DNA of 63,629 nucleotides, the filler included, from Octopus bimaculoides (Eukaryota), in the NCBI RefSeq assembly GCF_001194135.2. It is 5 parts of 5 records of this genome, joined end to end, with 100 filler letters (N's around TTAATTAATTAA, not from the genome) between each part and the next. Parts side by side here need not be neighbours in the genome. Positions count along the whole stretch, not along the records: positions 45,948 to 54,589 come from NW_026438508.1; positions 54,690 to 62,327 come from NC_069008.1; positions 62,428 to 63,629 come from NW_026431956.1; 2 more parts are not named here. One strand, given 5' to 3'. Both the position numbers and the translations under genes were made by a program. Every line of letters starts with the position of its first letter. The stretch's first letter is position 1. This document shows, piece by piece, positions 54,314 to 63,629 of this stretch. Below the pieces are notes generated by a model. That model ran no database searches, was not told the DNA's origin, and was given only the letters and a program-made list of their open reading frames with translations.

Positions 54314-54933
54314 TGTATGTATGCATGTATGTATGTATGTATGTAAGCATATACGCGTAGACATGTTCATATATATACACAAACCTATATTTGTGTCTCA
54401 CCGATGTATCTATTACAAAAATCCCTTTTAACTGCCGTTATCGTGTTTATGTGTACACACACACACACATACACATATGTATATATACATACATGCATGT
54501 ATATACATATGTATATACGTATATATGTACATAGAAATGTATATATGTATTACATATACGTATTCGTTTATATATATATATATATATATNNNNNNNNNNN
54601 NNNNNNNNNNNNNNNNNNNNNNNNNNNNNNNNNTTAATTAATTAANNNNNNNNNNNNNNNNNNNNNNNNNNNNNNNNNNNNNNNNNNNNTTATATATATA
54701 CATTCACACACACACAAATGCATGTGTATATATAAATATCCCTAGAGTGAGTTTATGTACATGTATGAATATACTATTATATACATATTAAAAACACCCA
54801 CTTGCATATATATATATGTGTGTGTGTGTGTGTGTATACATATAAATGTGTGTCTGTGTTTTGTGCATGTGGGTGTGTATTAATGTATTCATACATACCT
54901 GTAAGTATATATTTCTATGGCTACATATATGTA

Positions 54934-55001
<68 letters not shown>

Positions 55002-55566
55002 TTGTGTGTGTGTCTCTTTGTGTGCGTACATGTAGATATCAGTGCATGCATATACTTATATATACATCTTTATATATTTCATATATATTTCTTTTCTTAC
55101 ATTTCTCCCCACCTGTCACTGCGCCCCCTCCTCTCTGTCTTCCTCATTAGGCACACACAAACACGCGCACACGTACATACATACAGACACGCACACACGC
55201 ACATACATACATACATGCATGCATATATGTATGTATAACTTTATGTTTGATCATAATGGCTCTTACGGGACTAGTCTTGTTAAGAACCATTATTTAAATA
55301 AATTAATACTTTTATACTCCTTCATGTGGTTGGAGTTCAGTCCTTGAAAATTTTGTTTTTGGGGGTTCTGGGAGTTGGGCGGGGAACATGTATGCACCCC
55401 CCCACACACACACACATATCGATTGATATATATATCATTGCACGAAAGCATTTTGTTTGACACACCCACACCTCTTTCTGCCTTTTATTTATATATCTCT
55501 ATGTATCTATATATCTGTGGGTGCGTCTCTCTGTCTCTCTCCATATACATGTATATATTTTTTAAC

Positions 55567-55602
<36 letters not shown>

Positions 55603-55888
55603 NNNNNNNNNNNNNNNNNNNNNNNNNNNNNNNNNNNNNNNNNNNNNNNNNNNNNNNNNNNNNNNNNNNNNNNNNNNNNNNNNNNNNNNNNNNNNNNNNN
55701 NNNNNNNNNNNNNNNNNNNNNNNNNNNNNNNNNNNNNNNNNNNNNNNNNNNNNNNNNNNNNNNNNNNNNNNNNNNNNNNNNNNNNNNNNNNNNNNNNNNN
55801 NNNNNNNNNNNNNNNNNNNNNNNNNNNNNNNNNNNNNNNNNNNNNNNNNNNNNNNNNNNNNNNNNNNNNNNNNNNNNNNNNNNNNNNN

Positions 55889-55948
<60 letters not shown>

Positions 55949-55950
55949 TG

Positions 55951-55982
<32 letters not shown>

Positions 55983-57247
55983 AATATATAGATGTATGTA
56001 TGCATATGTATATATATATATATTTATGTATGTTTTACATATGTATATATTTAAACACAATATTGTGAAATTAAGCGGAGAAAATTATATTCCCACCATC
56101 ACACACACACACCACCACCACCACCACCAGCTCCTCCACCTCTGCGATATATAAAGGAAACAACCACAGCAACAATCAAAACAACAAAATATACTTTGAT
56201 ACGAAAAAACAAGGATCAAAGAAAGCGTCATTGGAATTTATTGGCGACAATCGAAAGTTTTGCTCCAATAAAGCAGAAAATGTTGCCTCTGGTGTGGACC
56301 GAAATGTTTTTTAAATGATGTACGAATCAGCGAATGCACGTCTGGCAGACAATGGCGTTTGTTTTAATCATTTTCTATTTTTGTATTTCTTTCTTTTTTT
56401 TTGTTTCCTTTTGTGTGCAGTAATTTGCATATGAAATGGTCCCGCGTGTGATCCCTGTTTTAAAGACGAGCAGCCTTTCCACTGGTTCGTGTGGGCCTTG
56501 TTTTAAAAGACGTCAGGGAGTTTTTTGTTGAGAGATGTTGTTGCTACATTGAAGTCAAGTGGCTACATAGAAACTCCCTCTCTGGTTCATGTGGTCCCTA
56601 TTTTGAAGACAGTAAGGAGTTTGTTGAGGGAGACATTTAATTGTGACATTGAGTACGGACAAGGAACTAAATAGAAACTCCCTCATTGAATCAGGGGATT
56701 TGAACGCCTCCTTTTTGGACGGACATCCGGCAAGAGCTGACATGTGGATGGAATCCTTGTTTATTTCAAATTTCTTGCCAGCCTGTTCGGGTTGATGAGT
56801 GGCCTCAGATGGCACCACAAAACCAGTCGGAGTTTTGTGTAGTTTTTCCTTTTTTAAAGTCGTTCACCAGCTCAAAATACGGGCGTTTTTGCCCGCCCTT
56901 CTTACAACAAGTTATTTCGGCTCTCTGCAGACGCTGACCCTTTGCGAGTCCCAAAACGTGAAGCATGGTCCCTTTAGAGTCAGTTTCGACTCCCTTGCTA
57001 TTCCCCAGTTTTTAACCATTCAGTGTTTTCCTCCTACTGCTACTCGACCCCGCTGCTGCAACATCAAGAGCGTCATTCTGTGTCCATACTATTGACCTAC
57101 CCAGCAACGTTGACCTCTGTTTTTGTCTCAACGAATTATGGTCGGAGAAACCAGTCAGAAACGCGAGTTTTGCAAATCTCCATTTTCCCGTTGGAAAACC
57201 CCGCTTGTTCAGCATCTCTACTAATTTGCTTAATATAACTATCAATC

Positions 57248-57620
57248 TGTGGAGGCGCAATGGCCCAGTGGTAAGGGCAGCGGACTCGCGGTTTCGATTC
57301 CCAGGCTTGGCGTTGTGAGTGTTTATTGAGCGAAAACACCTAAAAGCCCCACGAGGCTCCGGCAGGGGGTGGTGGCGAACCCTGCTGTACTCTTTCACCA
57401 CAACTTTCTCTCGCTCTTACTTCCTGTTTCTGTTGTGCCTGTAATTCAAAGGGTCAGCCTTGTCACACTGTGTCACGCTGAATATCTCCCGAGAACTACG
57501 TTAAGGGTACATGTGTCTGTGGAGTGCTCAGCCACTTGCACGTTAATTTCACGAGCAGGCTGTTCCGTTGATCGGATCAACTGGAACCCCTCGTCGTCGT
57601 TAAGCGACGGAGTGCCAACA
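57248..57620 (+). mobile_element. tRNA-derived SINE (family C)
   Basis: Near-identical to 59677-60060 and to the inverted copy at 26128-26500. Confidence 0.85.
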
Positions 57621-57624
57621 ATTA

Positions 57625-57870
57625 TCAATCTATTCTTCCATCCAGCTCACTCTCTCTAAGCTTGCTTTAAACTGTAAACGCAGCTGCCGCGTACGTGTCA
57701 TTCAACCGTTCTCCAGGTCCCTCCGTCGGCGGTTAATCTGCCTCATCCATTTCTAGGTAATAATTTCAAAGGGCTTTCTTCTGGCCCCCATCTTCTACGC
57801 TCTGCAACTTCATGATAATCCTTACTTTCTTCATCCAGGCCTCGGCATCACCTTCACCGCAAAAAAAAGC
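57625..57870 (-). mobile_element. Gypsy-like gag N-terminal remnant
   Basis: FCGEGDAEAWMKKVRIIMKLQSVED...EMDEAD. Confidence 0.5.
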
Positions 57871-57937
57871 ATAAAGTATTTAGGAATAAATTACTTGAGG
57901 TGTTCTTCCTTGTTTAGCACCGTGTCAGGTAATCAAA

Positions 57938-58475
57938 GATGTTCCAGATGTGACCATCCTGTCTTTTATACAGGCATAGTATATCTAGGACTACGTTATC
58001 AAATGTGTCCCTCCTGGTCAATCTTGATCGAGTAGACCTCTGATCAACGCCAGATGTGACCATCCTGTCTTTTATTCAGACAAGGTCTATCTAGGACTAC
58101 ATTATCGAATGTGTCTTTTATTCTTCTTGTAGTTGATTTTTAGCACCAGATCAATCTCGATCCAGCCAACGTATGATCAAAGAAAGATCCAGTTGTGACC
58201 ATCTCGACTTTCATTCTGACATAGTGTATCTAGGACTACATTTTGTAATGCGCCCCAGGTCAGTCCTGATCCAGCAGACCAATGATCAAGGATGTTCTAG
58301 CTGTGACCATCTCAACTTTTATTCAGACATAGTCCATCTAGGACTACATTATCGAGTGTGTCTTTTCCTCTTGTTGCATTTTGTTTAGCCCCAGGCCAGT
58401 ACTAATCCAGTAGATTTACGATGAAAGACGCTCCAACTGTGACCATCTCAACTTTCATTCAAGCATAATGTATCG
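57938..58475. repeat. Diverged tandem repeat, ~5 units of ~110-145 bp
   Basis: Recurrent TGTGACCATC...ATCTAGGACTAC.TT. Confidence 0.85.
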
Positions 58476-59299
58476 AGAACAAGGTTTCGCAAAGTTACGT
58501 CCTTCAATTGCAAAGAGCCGAAGCTTTGATCTCAAAGTGATTTAGCTGCTATTTCATGAAGATCGAATGACTCTGTAGAAGCTGCACTCTTGTCGCTGTT
58601 GCTGTCGTGGTTGTTGTTGTTGTTGTTGTTGCTGTTGTTGTTGTTGTTGTTGTTGTTGTTATTGTCATTGCTGTTGTTGTTGTTGTTGTTGTTATTTATG
58701 TCGATGTTCCTTCAAGAATTTTTCAAAAAAATTATCTTTATTGAAGGGATTAAAATAACTTTTTCTTTTGCTTTGTTTATTATTATTATTATTATTATTG
58801 TTATTGTTATTATTTTGATTCTTTGAATATTTCTCGGCTTATTGATGATAACACTAAGATAATCCCTGGATTAAGCGGGGCCTTTCTCTGGCGTTATTTC
58901 CACATCAATGAAATTCTCTTCACATACGTCTCGACTCCCCACCCCCACCCCATCTCACTGTTCGCCCCTGTGGCAAATAAAAGAAATTATTATTACTATC
59001 ATCATCATCATCATCGTCATCATAATAATTGTCATTATTATTATTACTATTATAATTATTATCATTATTATTATTATTATTATTACTGCTTATATTCTTG
59101 TTGCAATTGTTACTCATGACGTCATCCTCACCATCGACGTCATCATAACATCAACACCACCATCATCATCATCATCTTCATGATAATCTTCTTCATCATC
59201 ATCATCGTCATCGTCATCATCATCATCATCATCGTCATCGTCATCATCATCATCATCACCGTGTTGAAGTTACCCTTTCTGTGCTGTACATTCTACACT

Positions 59300-60660
59300 A
59301 CTGTTTAATAGCCTTCATCGCGAAAGGGGAGGCCTGTTGATCAGTGACCAGTTCGGAAGGCTGTTGAACAGGTTTCAAGTGACGGGAACAGGTTTCCAGG
59401 ATCGAGAACGTAGTGGAAGACCAAGAACAGGAACGGGTAACATAACTGCGACTGCTGTACTTGCTCATATTCAACGGAACTCAGTAAAATCAACAAGAAA
59501 ACTCTCTCCAAGAGACTGGCGTTTGGTTCGTCGGATTTTCAAAACGCGTTTTCCATTTGTATAAATCCATTCGGCTCAAGACTTACCTGGCGATGACAGA
59601 GACCAAAGAATGGAATTCTGTGATTGAATCCTTTCTAAAACACAATCATTCATTAAAAGCATTATCTTCTCGGTTGTGGAGGCGCAATGGCCCAGTGGTT
59701 AGGGCAGCGGACTCGCGGTTTCGATTCCCAGACCGGGCGTTGTGAGTGTTTATTGAGCGAAAACACCTAAAGCTCCACGAGGCTCCGGCAGGGGATGGTG
59801 GCGAACCCTGCTGTACTCTTTCACCATAACTTTCTCTCACTCTTACTTCCTGTTTCTGTTGTGCCTGTAATTCAAAGGGGTCAGCCTTGTCACACTGTGT
59901 CACGCTGAATATCCCCCAAGAACTACGTTAAGGGTACACGTGTCTGTGGAGTGCTCAGCCACTTGCACGTTAATTTCACGAGCAGGCTGTTCCGTTGATC
60001 GGATCAACTGGAACCCTCGTCGTCGTAAGCGACGGAGTGCCAACAACAACAACAACAACATCTCGGTTGAAACGATCTTTCACCTTAGGGCATTGTTGAT
60101 TTGATATAAAGTCCCGTATTGGTCAGATGCCAGTTCACATTGGATAGATAACAGCAATTGGCAGTACGAGCCTCGAGTTACCTTGTGGACTGGTCTCTGG
60201 GATGGAACAGTTAATAGGCCCTATTTCATCGACAGTTCAGTGAATGGAGTCTCATACTTACGAATGCTGGAATCTCTTTTGATGTCTCTTATTAACGATT
60301 TCTCTGCTGAGGAATGAACTCGTCCACGGTTTCCCCAGGACGGAACACCGACACACTTTGCCGTCGTTGTCCGAAATTTTTTAAATGTTAGTTTCGCCAA
60401 TCGATGGACTGCCAGGCGACGTCCTGCTTCATCACCTCCGCCGTCCTAAGATCAAACTACCCTTGACTTTTTCCTACGGGGGCACCTTAGATCCGTTGGT
60501 TAAAGAACTCATCGAAGGGGTGTTGAAGAATTTGCAAGAAAACATAAGAAATGAATATCCAAAGTCTGGCACGGATGTCTTGAATAATGTAGAAAATTAT
60601 TTTCGGTTCCGTTTTCAGAAACGTAATGAACGCGAGGAAAATCTGCTTGAGCAATTATTC
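59300..60660 (+). mobile_element. Tc1/mariner-superfamily transposase remnant interrupted by a SINE
   Basis: ERSGRPRT, STRKLS, IIFS|VETIFHL across the SINE, QDGTPTHFA, TLDFFLRGHL; TIR-like TTTTGCAACATCCTGTATA near 61320. Confidence 0.8.
59677..60060 (+). mobile_element. tRNA-derived SINE (family C) with 9-bp TSD
   Basis: TCTCGGTTG at 59668-59676 and 60061-60069; (CAA)n tail. Confidence 0.9.
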
Positions 60661-60717
60661 TAACCATTTTTTTTTTGGGGGGGGGGATAAAAGTTAATAA
60701 TTTTATGATAATGAATA

Positions 60718-60888
60718 GGCGCAGGAGTGGCTGTGTGGTAAGTAGCTTGCTTCCCAACCACATAGTTCCGGGTTCAGTCCCACTGCGTGGCACCTTGGGC
60801 AAGTGTCTTCTACTATAGCCTCGGGCCAACCAAAGCCGTGTGAGTGGATTTGGTAGACGGAAACTGAAAGAAGCCTGTCGTATATATG

Positions 60889-60919
<31 letters not shown>

Positions 60920-61087
60920 TTGTATGTCTGTTTGTCCCNNNNNNNNNNCTTCCCAACCACATAGTTCCGGGTTCAGTCCCACTGCGTGGCACCTTGGGCA
61001 AGTGTCTTCTACTATAGCCTCGGGCCAACCAAAGCCGTGTGAGTGGATTTGGTAGACGGAAACTGAAAGAAGCCTGTCGTATATATG

Positions 61088-61118
<31 letters not shown>

Positions 61119-61260
61119 TTGTATGTCTGTTTGTCCCCCCAACATCGCTTGACAACAGATGGTGGTGTGTTTATGTCCCCGTAACTTAGCGGTTCGGCAA
61201 AAGAGACCGATAGAATAAGTACTAGGCTTCCAGAGAATAAGTCCTGGGGTCGATTTGCTC
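60718..61260 (+). mobile_element. CORE-like SINE (family A), partly duplicated across a 10-N gap
   Basis: GGCGCAGGAGTGGCTGTGTGGTAAG head; GGCACCTTGGGCAAGTGTCTTC core. Confidence 0.8.
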
Positions 61261-62811
61261 AAGAGAGAATGTTATGTAAATTAAATAAAAAATTTTCGTG
61301 ATTAGGGTGGTACGTGACTTTTGCAACATCCTGTATATGGTTTACGGATCTATTACAGGTAGGATGAACAGAAAATGTACCCCACCCGGTTATATCATTC
61401 TACACCAGCTCGATTAATTACGATTTCTACAGACAAAGAGGGCGAAGATCGTGGCTTTCTTAATATCCTTTCCTTTCTTTTCGTTCTAATTTTTGCATCA
61501 ACCTTCTTCACGTTTTTTCTCATGTTTTCTCATGGACCAGCCTCCTGGTTTTTAGATACATCTAACGATATGTAGCGAGCCTGAAACATTGCTTGGAGAT
61601 ACATGGAATGTTATATAAGGCTACCAGTTTATTGTGTCTCTGAAGCGTGAAACTATTAGTAGCTCCTTTGTAAATTGTGTACATTCAATGAGACATATAA
61701 ATACACACACACACACACACACACATAGAAATATTCATACTCAGATACACACGGACGAACACGTATGCATACACTCATACAGAGTCCCATTAAACCCGTT
61801 CGTTAATTTCTTGCCCCTTAATCGTCAACGTAACCTGACATTTCTTCATCTTTACATTCAGAGTTCAAATTCCGCCGAGGTTGACTCTGACTTTTGTCCC
61901 TTCGGAGCCGTTAAAATGAATACCAGTTCAGTAAAAGGGTCGATATAATCGACTAGCCTCTAGCCCCCAAATTTTAGGCCCCGAGTCTATATACTCTTTT
62001 ACTCTTTTACTTGTTTCAGTCATTTGACTGCGGCCATGCTGGAGCACCGCCTTTAGTCGAGCAAATCGACCCCAGGACTTATTCTTTGTAAGCCTAGTAC
62101 TTATTCTATCGATCACGTTTGCCGAACCGCTAAGTTACGGGGACGTAAACACACCAGCATCGGTTCTCAAGCGATGTTGGGGGGACAAACACAGACACAC
62201 AAACATATATATATATATATGTATACATATATACGACGGGCTTCTTTCAGTTTCCGTCTACCAAATCCACTCACAAGGCTTTGGTCGGCCCGAGGCTATA
62301 GTAGAAGACACTTGCCCAAGATGCCACNNNNNNNNNNNNNNNNNNNNNNNNNNNNNNNNNNNNNNNNNNNNTTAATTAATTAANNNNNNNNNNNNNNNNN
62401 NNNNNNNNNNNNNNNNNNNNNNNNNNNCACATGCATACAATTTCATTTGGATGTTTTGTCCAAATGATCAAAAGCTGGTTATATCATACATATGTATATA
62501 TATATGTGTGGATTGGGTGGTCGAGGAAACCTTCAAGAGTTCTGAATAGATAATAACTTCTCATGGGAGTTGCTGCATATAGTCTTGCTCCCATCCTATT
62601 GACAAAATTATGCTGTCCTCAAAATTTCATGCGTTGACTTCGGACCAAGATCTTCCCAAATAAAAACCTGCTTGGAGTGGCTTACTATGCAGTGTTGGTA
62701 GAGTGCAATGTTGACATACTCGAAAGGTGTCACTATAGTATCGTGTCAGTTGGGGCTGGGCAAAAGAGGCATTGAGAGAAAGCTTTATTTTTTTATTTAT
62801 TCTTGTTGCAG

Positions 62812-62936
62812 AAAACCTGAAGGAGTACCGGGCATTTTTATTGGAAAATGAAGACATTAAAAAGAAAATTGAACATCTTGAATCTGAAGTGAAACGATTT
62901 TCAGGATCTTTCCCAATGCCTGGGACAGATTTATAG
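62812..62936 (+). CDS. SHMT: Serine hydroxymethyltransferase, terminal coding exon
   Basis: ttcttgttgcag acceptor; NLKEYRAFLLENEDIKKKIEHLESEVKRFSGSFPMPGTDL* matches the animal SHMT C-terminus (..FK.FL....L...VE.FA..FP[ML]PG). Confidence 0.78.
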
Positions 62937-63629
62937 TATATTGCAATTCTTGGAGAGAAAATAATTAAGTGTAGTTATTTGGAAGAGTTTCATTGGTTAA
63001 CCAAGTTATTTCTTACAGAGGTGCTACATTGCATGGATAAATTGTTTACAGTATTCCATTATCTGACACTATTAATTCATGTACTTTACCTGTTTACCTG
63101 TCCACCTAACTCTATCTCTGCTTGCTTGCCTACCTACCTATCTCCTATGTATCTATCTTACTATCTGCCTCACTATTGACTTATCTATATACCTGCCTGC
63201 TTACTTACCTAAGTATTTGCTTGCTTATGTACATACCTGTCTTTTTACTTGCCTCCTTGTCTGCCTTACCTGCTTACACTTCTACCTACCAAACTTACCT
63301 TTCTATTTGTCTGTCTGTGTCTTCTTGCCTACCTGTATATCACTCTACCTATCGGCAGACCTACATGTTGTTTTGCATATATTTGTCTACCAACCTTCCT
63401 CACTACTTGCTTATCAACCTGCCTGCTTAGGTATCTCTTTGCCTGTTTAGTTACTTACCTATCTACATATCTGTTTGCTTACCTACCTGTCAATTTGCTT
63501 ATCTGCCTACTTCTTACCTACACACTGTTTTGTGTATCTACCTGTCTACTTAATTATGTTCTTCCTACTTCTCTATCTACCAGAAATTTATACCAACTTC
63601 TAACTCAAGTCAGAAATCAGATAACAACT

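Noticed and set aside
45896-56068. Many long ORFs in the supplied track (poly-X, poly-V/T/I/H, YIYI, CVCV)
   Set aside because: They are read-throughs of N-runs and microsatellites.
48688-58475. Tandem repeats considered as CRISPR-like arrays
   Set aside because: No constant repeat with unique spacers, no cas genes, and a eukaryotic context.
59580-59595. ACTTACCTGGC resembling the U1 snRNA 5' end
   Set aside because: No further U1 similarity; it lies within Tc1-like transposase coding sequence.
60749-61138. Exact ~190-bp tandem duplication around a 10-N gap
   Set aside because: Identical sequence on both sides of a minimal gap indicates unmerged contig overlap.

Overview
AT-rich, repeat-dense, gapped animal genomic DNA. 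The tRNA-derived SINE families and microsatellite load point to an octopus (inference). Host genes: (1) 17 in-phase plus-strand exons (420-17955) of a neprilysin-like M13 metallopeptidase whose HExxH reads HAYIH, so it is probably a zinc-binding but catalytically dead pseudoenzyme; (2) a candidate terminal exon plus 3' UTR of an unidentified minus-strand gene (~31.2-33.0 kb); (3) the terminal exon of a serine hydroxymethyltransferase (62812-62936). The rest is mobile-element debris: R4-type, CR1/L2-like, RTE and Penelope retroelements, Gypsy elements and solo LTRs, Tc1/mariner, MULE, hAT and Merlin transposons, MITEs and SINEs. Most notable is an endogenous parvoviral element (~43.0-45.85 kb). 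Its decayed NS1 SF3 helicase is followed by a polyA signal, a terminal-repeat-like hairpin and TATA boxes, then an uninterrupted NLS + parvoviral PLA2 ORF cut off by an assembly gap. It sits at the end of an ~11.5-kb block of six unrelated mobile elements that all lie on the same strand. Several unrelated repeats also carry minimal hammerhead ribozyme motifs. One is in a tRNA-headed SINE, and one related repeat folds back at the position homologous to the predicted cleavage site. All alignments were made by eye; no database searches were run.
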